Positions 40,297 through 51,832 of a stretch of 64,000 nucleotides of DNA are shown one piece after another. The translations under genes and the position numbers were made by a program. The stretch comes from Fibrobacteria bacterium. GTDB lineage: Bacteria; Fibrobacterota; Fibrobacteria; UBA11236; JADFYW01. The stretch covers positions 160,001 through 224,000 of the forward strand of contig JBNKOC010000028.1 of assembly GCA_050294405.1 (NCBI GenBank), given 5' to 3'. Each line of letters starts with the position of its first letter. The stretch's first letter is position 1. The notes under the pieces were generated by a model. The model saw only the letters and a program-made list of their open reading frames with translations, was not told where the DNA came from and did no database searches.

Positions 40297-40398
40297 GGTG
40301 AGGTAGAGCCGAAAATTCTGCAGGGTGCCCTTGGTATCTTGTAAAAAGTTCGCCTTCCTCATTAAAAACCTGGGAAATTTTGGAAGTTCCAAAACCCA
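40297..40398 (+). promoter_or_regulatory. Structured 5' leader of the S10 operon (two hairpins)
   Basis: Long imperfect stem 40297-40363 and a second stem 40371-40398 directly upstream of the rpsJ RBS. Confidence 0.5.
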
Positions 40399-40412
40399 TA
40401 TAGGAAAAAAAA

Positions 40413-40721
40413 ATGGCAGGTGAAAAAATTAGAATTCGATTGAAGTCCTTCGATCATCGCATGATCGATAAATCGGCTTCCGATATCGTAAAAACAGCCA
40501 AGAATTCCGGGGCAAAAATTGCTGGTCCCATTCCGCTGCCCACTAAAAAGGTTATATATACAGTAAACCGTTCTCCCCATGTGGATAAAAAAAGTCGCGA
40601 ACAGTTCGAAACCAGAACACATAAAAGATTAATAGACATTGTGGATTCTACTCCTCAAACTATCGATTCGCTTATGAAGCTCGAATTGCCTGCTGGCGTT
40701 GAAGTTGAAATTAAGGTGTGA
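40413..40721 (+). CDS. rpsJ: 30S ribosomal protein S10
   Basis: [30 protein letters not shown]. Confidence 0.99.
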   Translation: MAGEKIRIRLKSFDHRMIDKSASDIVKTAKNSGAKIAGPIPLPTKKVIYTVNRSPHVDKKSREQFETRTHKRLIDIVDSTPQTIDSLMKLELPAGVEVEIKV

Positions 40722-41341
40722 TTATGAATGGCATAATTGGCAAAAAGTTAGGAATGACCCATTACTTCACAGAAGAAGGGCGTCAAATTCCGGTAACTGT
40801 TGTTCAGGTTGAAACTGCTACTGTGGTATCTGTCCGAACAGAAGAGAAAAACGGCTACTCTGCAGTTCAAGCTGGCTTTGTGGACGCAAAAGAAAAACAC
40901 GTAAGCAAGCCAAAGCTCGGCCTATATAAAAAGGCTAATGTTTCTGCTAAAAGAATTTTAAAAGAGTTCCCCATTGCCGAAGGTTCCGAACCAAAAGTTG
41001 GCGATAGCTGGGATATATCCATTTTTGAAAACGTAACATCCGTATCTGTTACTGGTATTTCAAAAGGCCACGGCTATTCTGGAACTATTAAAAGACACAA
41101 TTTTTCCAGAGGTCCCATAACCCACGGTTCTAAAAATAAAAGAGAACCCGGTTCAACTGGGCAGGCCTCTTATCCAGCACGCGTATTCCCAGGTAAAAAA
41201 ATGCCCGGTCAATACGGAAACGTTCAAGTTACAGTAAAAAACATCAAGTTGGAAAAAATGGATGCCGAAAAAGGAGTGCTTTTTCTTAAAGGAGCGGTTC
41301 CTGGCGCCATTAACAGTCATGTTTTGATAAGAAAAGGTTAA
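40718..41341 (+). CDS. rplC: 50S ribosomal protein L3
   Basis: GKKLGMT, SKGHG..GTIKR, GKKMPG; operon order; true start probably ATG 40724. Confidence 0.98.
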   Translation: MIMNGIIGKKLGMTHYFTEEGRQIPVTVVQVETATVVSVRTEEKNGYSAVQAGFVDAKEKHVSKPKLGLYKKANVSAKRILKEFPIAEGSEPKVGDSWDISIFENVTSVSVTGISKGHGYSGTIKRHNFSRGPITHGSKNKREPGSTGQASYPARVFPGKKMPGQYGNVQVTVKNIKLEKMDAEKGVLFLKGAVPGAINSHVLIRKG

Positions 41342-41342
41342 T

Positions 41343-41984
41343 ATGGCAAAAGCAGCACTATACGCCAATGATGGAACCAAAAAATCTGAGGTAGAATTAC
41401 CAGCAGATTATTTTGATGGTTCTATCAATGAAGGAATTGTTCACGAATATGTGATGGTTGCTCTGGGTAACCAAAGACAGGGTACTGCCAAAACAAAAAG
41501 CCGCAGCGAAGTGAGCGGAACTGGCAAAAAACCCTGGAAGCAAAAAGGCACAGGACGTGCACGCTCCGGCGCAAGCACATCTCCAATATGGGTGCGTGGT
41601 GGCAAGGCTCACGGAGCTATTCCCCGCGATTATACCCGCAAGTTAAATAAAAAAGTTAAGAAGCAGGCTTTGGTATCTGCCCTTACACAAAAAGCTCAGG
41701 AAAATGGCGTTCATGTATTTGAAAGTCTTAACCTGGAGGGGCCTAAAACCAAGGGTTTGGCTTCTATTTTATCTAAAGCCGAAATTGCCGGTAAGAATTT
41801 AATTCTTATTTCTGAGCCTGATACCAACTTGTTTTTGGCAGGCAGAAATATTCCCAGTGTAAAAATCGCCAATGTTGCTGATATTAACGCTCTGAATGTT
41901 GTGTCCGCAAGTAATTTGATTTTTACTCAATCGGCTCTTGCGCAATTTTCCAAAGCAAAGGAGGCTGTAAGTGAAGCCGCTTAA
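41343..41984 (+). CDS. rplD: 50S ribosomal protein L4
   Basis: RQGTAKTK.RSEV, KPWKQKGTGRAR. Confidence 0.98.
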   Translation: MAKAALYANDGTKKSEVELPADYFDGSINEGIVHEYVMVALGNQRQGTAKTKSRSEVSGTGKKPWKQKGTGRARSGASTSPIWVRGGKAHGAIPRDYTRKLNKKVKKQALVSALTQKAQENGVHVFESLNLEGPKTKGLASILSKAEIAGKNLILISEPDTNLFLAGRNIPSVKIANVADINALNVVSASNLIFTQSALAQFSKAKEAVSEAA

Positions 41985-42261
41985 AGAAATTATTTCCAAA
42001 CCTTTGTTAACTGAAAAAAGCTCTACTTTGCGCTTTGATGAAAACCAATTTATTTTTCGGGTTCCAGCCAGTGCAAATAAAGTTGAAATAAAAAAGGCCG
42101 TGGAAACGCGCTTTAATGTGATTGTGGAAAATGTGAACACACTAAACAATCGCGGAAAAGTGAAAAACACACGTGGAATCAAAGGCAAACAGGCAAACTG
42201 GAAAAAAGCCTTTGTTAGAGTTAGAAAAGGGGATTCAATCCCAGAATTCGAGGGAGCTTAA
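41971..42261 (+). CDS. rplW: 50S ribosomal protein L23
   Basis: PLLTEK, ANKVEIKKAVE, WKKA. Confidence 0.98.
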   Translation: MKPLKEIISKPLLTEKSSTLRFDENQFIFRVPASANKVEIKKAVETRFNVIVENVNTLNNRGKVKNTRGIKGKQANWKKAFVRVRKGDSIPEFEGA

Positions 42262-42264
42262 CAC

Positions 42265-43101
42265 ATGCCAATGAAGTCTTACAGACCCCTGACTCCTGTT
42301 TTGAGGTTTAAAGAAACCTCAGACTTTTCTGAAATTACATCTTCAGCTCCATTCAAGTCATTGACTGTTGGAAAGAAGAAAATTTCCGGACGAAACAACC
42401 GTGGTATTATTACCATGCGCAGAAGAGGCGGCGGTCACAAACGCTTATATAGAATTGTCGATTTTAAACGGGACCGTAAGGATGTTAAAGCCATCGTTGA
42501 ATCCATTCAATACGATCCAAATCGCTCTGCAAATATCGCGCTAATTAAATATGTTGACGGCCAACGTCGATACATATTGGCTGCGGAAGAGCTCGCGGTT
42601 GGCCAAGAAATTGTAGCGAAAGAAAAAGCTCCAATTCAAATTGGAAATACCCTGGCTTTATCAGATATTCCCATCAACACTCTTATTCACAACATCGAAA
42701 TGAAACCCGGCAAAGGTGGCCAGGTGGCCAGAGCTGCCGGAACTGCAGCTGAAATTGTGGGTAAAGATGAAAGTTATGCCCAGGTAAAAATGCCATCTGG
42801 TGAAATCAGATTGTTTTTACTTGGATGCAGCGCCACTATTGGCCGCGTTGGAAATGTAGATCACAACAAAGTCATTAGCGGAAGCGCCGGTCGCAGCCGC
42901 TGGCTAGGCAAGCGTCCTAAAGTTAGGGGCGTAGCCATGAACCCCGTAGATCACCCAATGGGCGGTGGTGAAGGCAAAACTTCAGGTGGCGGTCATCCTG
43001 TTTCACCTTGGGGCGTTAAAGCCAAGGGGTTTAAAACAAGAAATAACAAGCGCACTGATAAAATGATTGTCAGCCGCAAACCTAAGAAGAGAGGAAGATA
43101 A
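42265..43101 (+). CDS. rplB: 50S ribosomal protein L2
   Basis: [24 protein letters not shown]. Confidence 0.99.
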   Translation: MPMKSYRPLTPVLRFKETSDFSEITSSAPFKSLTVGKKKISGRNNRGIITMRRRGGGHKRLYRIVDFKRDRKDVKAIVESIQYDPNRSANIALIKYVDGQRRYILAAEELAVGQEIVAKEKAPIQIGNTLALSDIPINTLIHNIEMKPGKGGQVARAAGTAAEIVGKDESYAQVKMPSGEIRLFLLGCSATIGRVGNVDHNKVISGSAGRSRWLGKRPKVRGVAMNPVDHPMGGGEGKTSGGGHPVSPWGVKAKGFKTRNNKRTDKMIVSRKPKKRGR

Positions 43102-43379
43102 TGACACGTTCGTTGAAAAAAGGTGCATTTGTAGACTCGCACTTGATGAAGAAAGTCAGCGCTATGAACGACTCTTCTAAAAGAACTCCAATTAAAAGTT
43201 GGAGTCGGCGTTCAACCATTACTCCTGATTTCGTAGGCAATACCATTGCTGTTCATAACGGAAAAACTTTCGTTCCCGTATATGTAAGTGAAAACATGGT
43301 GGGCCACAAGCTGGGGGAATTTTCTTTAACTCGCAATTTCCGCGGGCATGTAAAGAAAGAAAAGGCAAAGGGAAAATAA
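43101..43379 (+). CDS. rpsS: 30S ribosomal protein S19
   Basis: [20 protein letters not shown]. Confidence 0.99.
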   Translation: MTRSLKKGAFVDSHLMKKVSAMNDSSKRTPIKSWSRRSTITPDFVGNTIAVHNGKTFVPVYVSENMVGHKLGEFSLTRNFRGHVKKEKAKGK

Positions 43380-43382
43380 GCT

Positions 43383-43730
43383 ATGGAAGCAACGGCAAAG
43401 GCTAAATATTTAAGATGCTCCGCTCGCAAAATGCGGCAGGTAGCAGATATGATTCGCAATGAATCTGTAGATTCTGCCATCGCGCAATTGTTTTCACTCA
43501 AGAAAACCAAAAAATCTGCGCAAATGATGGAAAAAGTTTTGCAATCTGCAGTGGCAAACATTAAGGACAAAAATCCGGAAGCCAATTTGGAAAATGGTTC
43601 ATTGAAAGTGACCAAAATCCTGGTAGATGGAGGGCCGATTATTAAAAGAATCAGAGCCCGTGCTCAAGGTAGAGCCTACCGAATCGAAAAGAAATTGTGT
43701 CACTTAACCGTAGGCGTTTCCGAACAATAG
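43383..43730 (+). CDS. rplV: 50S ribosomal protein L22
   Basis: SARK.R, SAVAN, RAQGRA. Confidence 0.98.
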   Translation: MEATAKAKYLRCSARKMRQVADMIRNESVDSAIAQLFSLKKTKKSAQMMEKVLQSAVANIKDKNPEANLENGSLKVTKILVDGGPIIKRIRARAQGRAYRIEKKLCHLTVGVSEQ

Positions 43731-43748
43731 GAAACATAGGAGGATTTT

Positions 43749-44417
43749 TTGGGACAAAAGACTAATCCAATCGGTTTTAGACTGGGAGTAACCAGAACCT
43801 GGAATTCAATTTGGTTTGCCGGAAAAAATTTTGGCGACCTTCTTTATGAAGATATGGTTCTTCGCCGCTATTTGAAAAAGCGTATGGAACATGCCAGCAT
43901 TTCAAATATTGGTATTGAAAGAACCCCTAAGAAAGTAACCGTAAATTTGCACACCGCACGTCCGGGTATTGTTATCGGTAAAAAAGGCGAAGAAGTGGAA
44001 AGATTAAAAGGCGAGCTTCAGCACTTAACCGGTAAAGAAATTTATATCAACATCCGCGAAATCAAGCGCCCCGAAATTGACGCTCAATTGGTGGGAGATA
44101 ACATTGCTGCTCAATTGGTAAAACGCGTTGCTTTTAGAAGAGCCATGAAAAAAGCGGTTTCCAGCGCCATGCGTTTAGGAGCCGAAGGTATCAAGGTTCA
44201 ATTAGGTGGCCGTTTAGGCGGAGCAGAAATTGCCAGAACAGAAAAGTATGCCGAAGGCCGTTTGCCCTTGCATACATTGCGAGCTAAAATTGACTATGCT
44301 ACTTCCCGCGCAGAAACCACTGCTGGTACCATTGGTATTAAAGTATGGGTTTTTAAAGGCGAAGTTTTCAAAAAGGACGCAATTAGCGCCGGTCAAGAAG
44401 TGGTTGAAGGAGTTTAA
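43749..44417 (+). CDS. rpsC: 30S ribosomal protein S3
   Basis: [35 protein letters not shown] start after an AGGAGG RBS. Confidence 0.99.
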   Translation: MGQKTNPIGFRLGVTRTWNSIWFAGKNFGDLLYEDMVLRRYLKKRMEHASISNIGIERTPKKVTVNLHTARPGIVIGKKGEEVERLKGELQHLTGKEIYINIREIKRPEIDAQLVGDNIAAQLVKRVAFRRAMKKAVSSAMRLGAEGIKVQLGGRLGGAEIARTEKYAEGRLPLHTLRAKIDYATSRAETTAGTIGIKVWVFKGEVFKKDAISAGQEVVEGV

Positions 44418-44422
44418 GCCCC

Positions 44423-44833
44423 ATGTTAAGTCCTAAAAGAGTAAGACATCGTAAAGTAATGAAAGGGCGCATGAAAGGCACCGCTAAGCGGGGCACTGAA
44501 ATCGCTTTTGGAGAATTTGGAATTAAAGCCCTTGAATCTTCCTGGGTGACCGAACGCCAGATTGAGGCTGCTCGTGTGGCCATGACCCGTAAAATTAAGC
44601 GCGGTGGAAAAATTTGGATTCGTATTTTCCCCGATAAGCCCTATACCAAAAAACCAGCAGAAACCCGTATGGGTTCCGGTAAAGGAAATCCAGAAGGTTG
44701 GGTTGCCGTGGTAAAAGCTGGCAGAATTATGTTTGAAATGAGTGGAGTAGGCAGAGAAGAAGCGGTGGATGCGTTGAAAGTTGCCGCTCAAAAGTTGCCT
44801 ATTAAAACCACTATAGCCGAGGTATTGGAATAA
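44423..44833 (+). CDS. rplP: 50S ribosomal protein L16
   Basis: QIEAAR, FPDKP, RMGSGKG. Confidence 0.99.
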   Translation: MLSPKRVRHRKVMKGRMKGTAKRGTEIAFGEFGIKALESSWVTERQIEAARVAMTRKIKRGGKIWIRIFPDKPYTKKPAETRMGSGKGNPEGWVAVVKAGRIMFEMSGVGREEAVDALKVAAQKLPIKTTIAEVLE

Positions 44834-45042
44834 TGGCAAAAGTAGCTGAATATAGAGAAATGGATGTTAGCGGCTTAAAGAACGCCCTGAACGAAATGGA
44901 AAATGAATTGTTTGACCTTAAGTTCCAGGCTGCCCTGTCCAAGTTAGAGAATGTATCTCTAATCAAAACAAAAAGACGGGACATTGCCCGTCTTAAGACC
45001 ATCATTCAAGAAAAGCAAACTGCTTCAAGAGGTGATAAATGA
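44833..45042 (+). CDS. rpmC: 50S ribosomal protein L29
   Basis: [17 protein letters not shown]; operon position. Confidence 0.97.
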   Translation: MAKVAEYREMDVSGLKNALNEMENELFDLKFQAALSKLENVSLIKTKRRDIARLKTIIQEKQTASRGDK

Positions 45043-45329
45043 GCGCTGATGCGACAAAAGAAGCCGGAACAACTCAAAGAAGTTCAAACCGCAAAGTTCG
45101 TACAGGAATAGTGTCCAGCGACAAAATGGATAAAACTATTGTTATCGAAATTAAAATGCGTAAGAAACATCCTTTGTACGGAAAAACTATTCCTGCTACA
45201 AAGAAAATTTATGCCCACGACCCTGAAAATCAAGCTGAAGAAGGTGATTTGGTTGAGGTTATGGAAACTCGTCCCTTGAGCAAAACCAAGTGCTGGCGAT
45301 TGATAAAAATTTTAGAAAAGAAGAAATAG
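45039..45329 (+). CDS. rpsQ: 30S ribosomal protein S17
   Basis: [22 protein letters not shown]. Confidence 0.98.
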   Translation: MSADATKEAGTTQRSSNRKVRTGIVSSDKMDKTIVIEIKMRKKHPLYGKTIPATKKIYAHDPENQAEEGDLVEVMETRPLSKTKCWRLIKILEKKK

Positions 45330-45343
45330 TCGGAGACTGACTG

Positions 45344-45712
45344 ATGATACAAATGCAAACAAAATTAGCTGTTGCGGATAACTCCGGCGCCAAAGAAGCC
45401 CAGTGCATTAAGGTTCTAGGTGGATCTAAACGCCGCTATGCTTCCTTGGGTGACATTATTGTGGTGTCCATTAAAAATGCCATTCCTGGGGGCAACGTTA
45501 AAAAAGGCGCTGTGCGCAAAGCCGTAGTGGTTCGCACTAAAAAAGAAGTGAAACGCAAAGACGGATCCGCTATTCGCTTCGGCGACAATGCTGTGGTATT
45601 GGTTAACGAAAGCGGCGAGCCCCAGGCCACGCGTATTTTTGGACCTGTTGCCAGAGAACTGCGGGAAAAGAATTTTATGAAAATTGTTTCCCTTGCTGTG
45701 GAGGTAATTTAA
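45344..45712 (+). CDS. rplN: 50S ribosomal protein L14
   Basis: [20 protein letters not shown]. Confidence 0.99.
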   Translation: MIQMQTKLAVADNSGAKEAQCIKVLGGSKRRYASLGDIIVVSIKNAIPGGNVKKGAVRKAVVVRTKKEVKRKDGSAIRFGDNAVVLVNESGEPQATRIFGPVARELREKNFMKIVSLAVEVI

Positions 45713-46033
45713 TTGAAAACAAATTTTAAAAAAGAAGACATGGTGCAAGTTATCAGCGGTAAAGCAAAAGGCCGCTCCGGTAAAGTGCTCAGAGTTTTAA
45801 AAAGCAAAGGTGCTTTGGTTGTTGAAGGTATTAACAAAGCCAAAAAACACGAAAAGCCAAATCAGAACAATGAAAAGGGCGGAATTGTAGATAAGGAAAT
45901 GCCCATTAACATTTCCAATGTGATGTTAATTAGCCCTAAAACAAACAAGCCTATTAAAGTTACACGCAAAAAAATGGAAAATGGGAAAAATGTTCGGGTA
46001 GACAAAAAAACCGGAAAACCCATAGACGCATAA
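45713..46033 (+). CDS. rplX: 50S ribosomal protein L24
   Basis: VISGK.KG, VEGIN, E.PI.ISNV; TTG start directly after the rplN stop. Confidence 0.97.
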   Translation: MKTNFKKEDMVQVISGKAKGRSGKVLRVLKSKGALVVEGINKAKKHEKPNQNNEKGGIVDKEMPINISNVMLISPKTNKPIKVTRKKMENGKNVRVDKKTGKPIDA

Positions 46034-46052
46034 AAAGCAGTTAGGTAAAAAA

Positions 46053-46598
46053 ATGTCGATGACTTTATTAAAAGATAAATATAAAAAGGAAATTATTCCT
46101 CACCTGAAAGACAAGCTCCAGGTGGCTAATGTTATGCAGGTTCCCCGCCTCAAAAAAATTGTTTTGAACATGGGCGTAGGACAGGCTACACAAAATTCAA
46201 AGCTTATTGATGAAGCTGTGAATACATTAACAGTTATCACAGGCCAAAAAGCTCAGGTTACGCGGGCTAAAAAAGCCATTTCAAATTTTAAGCTTCGCGA
46301 GGGATTGCCCATTGGCGCCAAGGTTACTCTTCACGGCGATATTATGTGGGAATTTTTGGAAAGGCTTATTAACTTTGCCCTTCCCCGTGTGAAAGATTTT
46401 AAAGGTATATCCAACAAAAGCTTTGATGGCCGTGGAAACTACACTTTGGGAATCAAAGAACAAATCATTTTTCTGGAAGTGGACTATGATAAAGTTTCCA
46501 GATTGATGGGAATGGATATCAGTTTTGTAACCAGCGCTGTGAATAATGAAGCATGTAAAGAGTTGCTAGCCAGCTTGGGAATGCCGTTTAGGAAATAA
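46053..46598 (+). CDS. rplE: 50S ribosomal protein L5
   Basis: [22 protein letters not shown]. Confidence 0.99.
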   Translation: MSMTLLKDKYKKEIIPHLKDKLQVANVMQVPRLKKIVLNMGVGQATQNSKLIDEAVNTLTVITGQKAQVTRAKKAISNFKLREGLPIGAKVTLHGDIMWEFLERLINFALPRVKDFKGISNKSFDGRGNYTLGIKEQIIFLEVDYDKVSRLMGMDISFVTSAVNNEACKELLASLGMPFRK

Positions 46599-46616
46599 TA
46601 AAAGAGCAAGGATTTT

Positions 46617-46802
46617 ATGGCAAAAAGATCATTAATTGAAAAAAGCAAAAGAACCCCTAAGTATGCGGTTCGCCAACACAATCGCTGTCGCCGTTGTGGC
46701 CGTCCTAAGGCTTACATCCGTCAGTTTGGTATTTGCAGAATATGTTTCCGTGAATTGGCTCTTTTGGGCGAAATTCCCGGTGTGACAAAATCCAGTTGGT
46801 AA
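46617..46802 (+). CDS. rpsN: 30S ribosomal protein S14, short Zn-binding type
   Basis: 61 aa, CRRC...[15 protein letters not shown]. Confidence 0.98.
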   Translation: MAKRSLIEKSKRTPKYAVRQHNRCRRCGRPKAYIRQFGICRICFRELALLGEIPGVTKSSW

Positions 46803-46831
46803 TTTTAAGGAATTAAAAAAGAGAGAAAAAC

Positions 46832-47224
46832 ATGAATACAGATCCTATTGCAGATATGCTAACCCGGATTCGCAATGCCTTAATGGTGGGCAAAGCAACT
46901 GTTCAAATGCCTGCTTCAAATCTTAAAAGAGAAATATTAAAGATTTTGGTTAAAGAAGGCTATGTCAAGAAGTTTGTTATTGTTGATGATGGCAAGCAGG
47001 GTCAAATTAAGTTAATGCTGAAATATGACGGTAGCACTCCCGCTATTCAAGGCCTTAAAAAAGTAAGCCGTGGCGGACTACGTCAGTACAGCAAAAAAGT
47101 AAACATCCCTAAAACCCTTAATGGTTTGGGTCTCACAATCTTATCCACTTCATCCGGTGTAATGACTGACAGAGAAGCACGCGAAAAAAATTGCGGCGGC
47201 GAAGTTTTGTGTCAGGTTTGGTAG
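46832..47224 (+). CDS. rpsH: 30S ribosomal protein S8
   Basis: DPIADMLTRIRNA, STSSG, GGEV. Confidence 0.99.
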   Translation: MNTDPIADMLTRIRNALMVGKATVQMPASNLKREILKILVKEGYVKKFVIVDDGKQGQIKLMLKYDGSTPAIQGLKKVSRGGLRQYSKKVNIPKTLNGLGLTILSTSSGVMTDREAREKNCGGEVLCQVW

Positions 47225-47231
47225 GTAGAAA

Positions 47232-47765
47232 ATGTCAAGAGTAGGCAAGGCAATAATTGAAATTCCCGAAAAAGTTGAAATTAAAGTCAACGGGAAAAAC
47301 ATCGATGTAAAAGGCCCAAAAGGATCTTTATCTTACAGGGTTCATGATTTTATCGATATTGAATTGAGCGATAAGGAATTGACTTTTAAGCGTCATTCCG
47401 ACAATAACGAACACAAATCCCTTCATGGAACCACAAGAGCTAATGTGGCAAACATGGTAAAAGGGGTTTCCGAGGGTTTCCAAAAAGAATTGGAAATTAT
47501 CGGCGTTGGTTATCGCGGTGAACAAAAAGGAAAAAATATCAACTTCCTGCTTGGATTCTCCCATCACGTTTTGGTTGAACCTCCTGAAGGCATTGAGCTT
47601 AAAATGGAAGGCAATACCAAAGTGGTAATAAGCGGAATCGACAAACAGTTGGTAGGCCAGGTGGCAGCAAACATCCGTAAGTATCGTCAGCCTGAACCAT
47701 ATAAAGGTAAAGGTATTCGCTATGCTAACGAACATGTTCGCAGAAAGGAAGTTAAGAAATCGTAA
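47232..47765 (+). CDS. rplF: 50S ribosomal protein L6
   Basis: MSRVGK, GVGYR, PEPYKGKG. Confidence 0.99.
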   Translation: MSRVGKAIIEIPEKVEIKVNGKNIDVKGPKGSLSYRVHDFIDIELSDKELTFKRHSDNNEHKSLHGTTRANVANMVKGVSEGFQKELEIIGVGYRGEQKGKNINFLLGFSHHVLVEPPEGIELKMEGNTKVVISGIDKQLVGQVAANIRKYRQPEPYKGKGIRYANEHVRRKEVKKS

Positions 47766-47786
47766 TTTTACGGTTGAGGCATAAAA

Positions 47787-48158
47787 ATGGAAGATATTGC
47801 AAAAACAAGAGTAAAAATCAGAAAATCCCGCCACAATCGCGTCCGTCAGATTGTGACTGGCACCAGTGATCGCCCTCGCCTTTGTGTGAGAAGAAGCCTT
47901 AAACATGCATACGCCCAAATTGTGGATGATGTTTCCGGCCAATCCATTGCTTTGGTTTCCACTCAGTCCAAAGAGTTGGCTAAGGAAATAAAGGGCAAAA
48001 CCAAAATTGAGGCCTCTAAAATTATTGGCCAGAAAATTGGTGAAATTGCCAAGGAAAAGGGAATCGAAAAAGTAGTTTTTGACCGCGGCGGATATTTGTA
48101 TCACGGTCGTATTAAAGCCCTGGCTGATTCTGCCAGAGAAGCTGGTTTGGTATTTTAA
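47787..48158 (+). CDS. rplR: 50S ribosomal protein L18
   Basis: [18 protein letters not shown]. Confidence 0.98.
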   Translation: MEDIAKTRVKIRKSRHNRVRQIVTGTSDRPRLCVRRSLKHAYAQIVDDVSGQSIALVSTQSKELAKEIKGKTKIEASKIIGQKIGEIAKEKGIEKVVFDRGGYLYHGRIKALADSAREAGLVF

Positions 48159-48173
48159 TTAGAGGAGTTCCTT

Positions 48174-48647
48174 TTGGAAGCAGAAAAAATTGAATTTCAG
48201 GAACGAGTAGTCTCCATTAACCGTTGCGCTAAAGTTGTAAAAGGCGGACGTAGATTTTCTTTCAGTGCCCTGGTTGTAGTGGGCGATGGCCATGGCCGTG
48301 TGGGTATTGGTCTTGGAAAAGCAAAAGATGTTTCCGAAGCTATTCGCAAAGGAACTGAAAGCGCCCATAAAAATGTTACAGATGTGGTACTTCACAATCA
48401 AACTATTCCTCACGAAACCGTGGGTGAATTTGGTGCGGTAAAAATTTTAATGCGCCCAGCCTCACAGGGAACAGGCGTAATAGCTGGCGGTTCTGCACGC
48501 GCTGTGTTGGAATTGGCCGGTGTGCATAATATATTGACCAAGGTATTTGGTTCTACAAATCCCAGCAATGTGGTTAAAGCTACATTAGCCGGACTTAGAG
48601 CCCAAAAATCCAAAGAGCAGTTTCACTTGTTGCGTAAGGCATCCTAA
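48174..48647 (+). CDS. rpsE: 30S ribosomal protein S5
   Basis: [26 protein letters not shown] start after GAGGAG. Confidence 0.99.
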   Translation: MEAEKIEFQERVVSINRCAKVVKGGRRFSFSALVVVGDGHGRVGIGLGKAKDVSEAIRKGTESAHKNVTDVVLHNQTIPHETVGEFGAVKILMRPASQGTGVIAGGSARAVLELAGVHNILTKVFGSTNPSNVVKATLAGLRAQKSKEQFHLLRKAS

Positions 48648-48665
48648 CTGCTAAAGGAATAAAAA

Positions 48666-48851
48666 ATGTCAGGAAAATTGAAAATAACACAAGTTAAAAG
48701 CAAAATCAGACAGCTTGCTTCTAAAAGAAAAACCTTGGAAGCGCTGGGATTAACAAAAATTGGAAAAACAGTTGTGCACAACGACACTCCCGAAATTCAG
48801 GGAATGGTTCGTTCAGTTGCCCATTTAGTGACTGTTGAGGAACAAAAATGA
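48666..48851 (+). CDS. rpmD: 50S ribosomal protein L30
   Basis: KITQVKS, TLEALGL, GMV..V.HLV. Confidence 0.97.
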   Translation: MSGKLKITQVKSKIRQLASKRKTLEALGLTKIGKTVVHNDTPEIQGMVRSVAHLVTVEEQK

Positions 48852-49285
48852 ATTTATCTACTTTAAGGCCTGCTGAAGGCTCCCGAAAAGTTGCCAAAAG
48901 AAAAGGTCGTGGACCTGGTTCTAATTTGGGTAAAACCTCTGGCCGTGGTCAAAAAGGTGCCGGAGCGAGAAAAAGTAATGGAATTCCTGCCGGATTTGAA
49001 GGCGGACAAATGCCTTTGCAAAAACGGGTTCCCAAACGCGGATTCCGTTCTCATTTTCCCAACGACACTCAAATCGTTAACATTCAGGATTTGGAAAAGC
49101 GTTGCGAAGGAACAGTAACTAACGAAGAACTTTTTAAAGTCGGACTTATTCGAAAATTGGATAAGCCAGTTAAAATTTTAGGTTATGGCAAGCTGTCCAA
49201 GGCTCTTAATGTAAAAGTTGCAAAATACAGCGCATCAGCAAAATCTGCTATTGAAGCAGCTAAAGGTGTAGCGGAGGTTATCTAA
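48848..49285 (+). CDS. rplO: 50S ribosomal protein L15
   Basis: GKTSGRGQKG, FEGGQMPL, PKRGF. Confidence 0.99.
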   Translation: MNLSTLRPAEGSRKVAKRKGRGPGSNLGKTSGRGQKGAGARKSNGIPAGFEGGQMPLQKRVPKRGFRSHFPNDTQIVNIQDLEKRCEGTVTNEELFKVGLIRKLDKPVKILGYGKLSKALNVKVAKYSASAKSAIEAAKGVAEVI

Positions 49286-50614
49286 TTGCAGACGTTAAGC
49301 GGCTTTGCAAATATTTGGAAGATTAAGGATTTAAGATCCAGAATTTTATTTACTCTGGGAATCCTTTTCGTTTACCGTTTGGGCGGCCACATTCCGGTGC
49401 CCGGCGTTAATGCAGCTGCCTTGTCTAGCTTTTTTAGTTCTGATTCTAATAACATGTTCAGCCTCTACAATACCTTTGTGGGAGGCGCCTTATCCCGTGC
49501 ATCTATTTTTTCTTTGGGTATTATGCCCTACATTACCGCGTCTATTATTATCCAACTTATGGGGACTGTGGTCCCTAAAATTGCTGAACTGCAAAAAATG
49601 GGAACTGAAGGACGCAATAAACTGACCCAATGGACACGCTACGGCACTATTCTTATTACTATGGTTCAATCTATAGGTATTAGCACTTGGCTGTTTGGTC
49701 AAAAAACAGCTCTGGGAGAAAGTCTTGTGGTGGCAGGCATTGGAAAGTTTAGCTTTATTGCCTTAACGACTTTAACGCTCACCACCGGAACCATTTTTAT
49801 CATGTGGTTAGGTGAGCAAATAACAGCCCGCGGAATTGGAAACGGTATTTCCCTTATCATCTTTATTGGTATTATCGCACAAGTTCCTGTGGCCATTATG
49901 AATGAATGGGAAATGTTCATCAACCAAGAACATTCTCTTGCCATGGAAATGATAATTTTGGCTGTAGTGATAAGCATAATCATGTTTATCATCTATATAG
50001 ACCAGGGTACCCGGCGAATCCCGCTACAAAGTCCAAGGCGCGTTGTGGGCCGCAAGGTAATGGGTGGCCAGTCCAGCTTTTTGCCTTTAAAAGTAAACAC
50101 CGCAGGAGTGATGCCTGTGATTTTTGCCTCAGCCATTATGTTTTTGCCTGCTCAATTAGTGGCATTTTTCCCTAATTGGCAAACAGGCCAGGCTATTGGC
50201 CGTTCCATGCTCCCTGGGGAATGGGGCTATTCCATTGTTTATGTGGTTTTAATTGTATTTTTTACCTATTTCTATACGGCCATTCAGTACAATCCTACGG
50301 AAATTGCTGAAAATTTAAAGAAGTCTGGCGGGTTTATTCCAGGCGTTCGTCCGGGTCGTAAAACAGCTGAATTTATTGATGTGATTTTAACAAGGGTTAC
50401 TCTGACCTGCGCCATTTTCTTGGCTTTCATCAGTGTAGGCCCTTTCTATTTGAAAGATAGTCTTAATATGTCCTTTTATATTGGTGGAACCAGTGTTTTG
50501 ATTTGCATTGGAGTTGCCCTGGAAACACTTAGGCAGTTTCAAAGCCGCCTTCAGGAACAAAATTATGAAGGTTTCATGAAACGCGGGAAAATCAGAGGTA
50601 GAAGGAAGTATTAA
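49286..50614 (+). CDS. secY: Preprotein translocase subunit SecY
   Basis: [40 protein letters not shown]. Confidence 0.99.
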   Translation: MQTLSGFANIWKIKDLRSRILFTLGILFVYRLGGHIPVPGVNAAALSSFFSSDSNNMFSLYNTFVGGALSRASIFSLGIMPYITASIIIQLMGTVVPKIAELQKMGTEGRNKLTQWTRYGTILITMVQSIGISTWLFGQKTALGESLVVAGIGKFSFIALTTLTLTTGTIFIMWLGEQITARGIGNGISLIIFIGIIAQVPVAIMNEWEMFINQEHSLAMEMIILAVVISIIMFIIYIDQGTRRIPLQSPRRVVGRKVMGGQSSFLPLKVNTAGVMPVIFASAIMFLPAQLVAFFPNWQTGQAIGRSMLPGEWGYSIVYVVLIVFFTYFYTAIQYNPTEIAENLKKSGGFIPGVRPGRKTAEFIDVILTRVTLTCAIFLAFISVGPFYLKDSLNMSFYIGGTSVLICIGVALETLRQFQSRLQEQNYEGFMKRGKIRGRRKY

Positions 50615-50832
50615 TGGCAAAGCAAGAAGGAATTCAGGTTGAGGGAAAAGTGGTCAAATCATTGCCAAATGCGACTTTTATCGTCCAATTGGATAATGGC
50701 CACGAAATCCTGGCCCATATTTCCGGTACTATGAGAAAACACTATATCAGAATTTTACCAGATGATAGAGTTTTAGTAGAATTATCTCCCTATGATCTGA
50801 CAAGAGGCAGAATTACCTATCGTCACAAATAG
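50614..50832 (+). CDS. infA: Translation initiation factor IF-1
   Basis: [20 protein letters not shown]. Confidence 0.99.
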   Translation: MAKQEGIQVEGKVVKSLPNATFIVQLDNGHEILAHISGTMRKHYIRILPDDRVLVELSPYDLTRGRITYRHK

Positions 50833-50853
50833 GGTAAAAAGAGGTTAAAAACT

Positions 50854-50970
50854 ATGAGAGTGAGAGCATCAGTTAAAAAAAGGTGTGAAGACTGCAAAGT
50901 CATCCGCCGCAAAGGTATTATCCGGGTGATTTGCAAAAAAAATCCCCGGCACAATCAGAGGCAAGGATAA
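50854..50970 (+). CDS. rpmJ: 50S ribosomal protein L36 (Zn-binding type)
   Basis: Read from the sequence: [38 protein letters not shown]; below the track cutoff. Confidence 0.98.
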   Translation: MRVRASVKKRCEDCKVIRRKGIIRVICKKNPRHNQRQG

Positions 50971-50973
50971 GAT

Positions 50974-51342
50974 ATGGCGAGATTAGCGGGTGTTGATTTA
51001 CCTGATAACAAAAAAAGTGAAATTGGCCTAACATACATATTTGGTATTGGCCGCAAAACAGCAATCGATATTTTGGCTTTGGCCGAAATTGATCCAAGCA
51101 CAAAAGTTGGAGATTTATCTGGCGATGATATCGGTCGTTTAAGAAAAATAATTGAAAAAAATTATGTAATTGAAGGTGATTTGCGCACTCAGGTGTCTAT
51201 GAACATCAAACGTTTAGTAGATATCGGATGTTACAGAGGCATTCGCCATAGAAAAAATCTTCCTGTTAGAGGACAAAACACGCAAACCAATGCCCGGACC
51301 AGAAAAGGTCCCCGTAAAACTGTAGCAGGCAAGAAGAAATAA
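50974..51342 (+). CDS. rpsM: 30S ribosomal protein S13
   Basis: MARLAGV, YRGIRHR, PVRGQ.T.TNART. Confidence 0.99.
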   Translation: MARLAGVDLPDNKKSEIGLTYIFGIGRKTAIDILALAEIDPSTKVGDLSGDDIGRLRKIIEKNYVIEGDLRTQVSMNIKRLVDIGCYRGIRHRKNLPVRGQNTQTNARTRKGPRKTVAGKKK

Positions 51343-51354
51343 GGATTAATAAAT

Positions 51355-51798
51355 ATGGCTGAAGAAAAAACTGAAGCAACTGTTGAATCTGCTGAAGCTC
51401 CAAAAGCTAGCGCAGAACCAAAAATCAAAGTTAAAAAAGGCAAAAAGCGCGCCGATGTTAGTGGCAAATGCGCTGTTCATGCGACTTTCAATAATACTAT
51501 TGTGACCATAACAGATGTTAGTGGGAATGTGGTTAGTTGGGGCTCTGCAGGAAAAGCCGGAATTAAGGGATCAAGGAAAAGCACTCCATTTGCAGCGCAA
51601 CTCGCCGGAGAAATCGCAGCAAAAGCCGCTATGGAATTGGGAATGCGCCGGGTTGATGTTACTGTTAAAGGCGCTGGCCCCGGCCGCGAATCAGCTGTTC
51701 GCTCCTTGAAATCTGCCGGAATGGAAATTTTATCCATTAGAGATATGACTGGTATTCCTCACAACGGTTGCCGTCCCAAAAAGAAAAGAAGAGTATAG
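51355..51798 (+). CDS. rpsK: 30S ribosomal protein S11 (N-terminal extension)
   Basis: [21 protein letters not shown]. Confidence 0.99.
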   Translation: MAEEKTEATVESAEAPKASAEPKIKVKKGKKRADVSGKCAVHATFNNTIVTITDVSGNVVSWGSAGKAGIKGSRKSTPFAAQLAGEIAAKAAMELGMRRVDVTVKGAGPGRESAVRSLKSAGMEILSIRDMTGIPHNGCRPKKKRRV

Positions 51799-51832
51799 AT
51801 TTAAGACTTAACCAAACCTTGGAGTTTAACCT

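Noticed and set aside
47328..48104. 258-aa minus-strand ORF
   Set aside because: Antisense shadow of rplF/rplR with no recognisable motifs; the many other short antisense ORFs in the track were rejected for the same reason.
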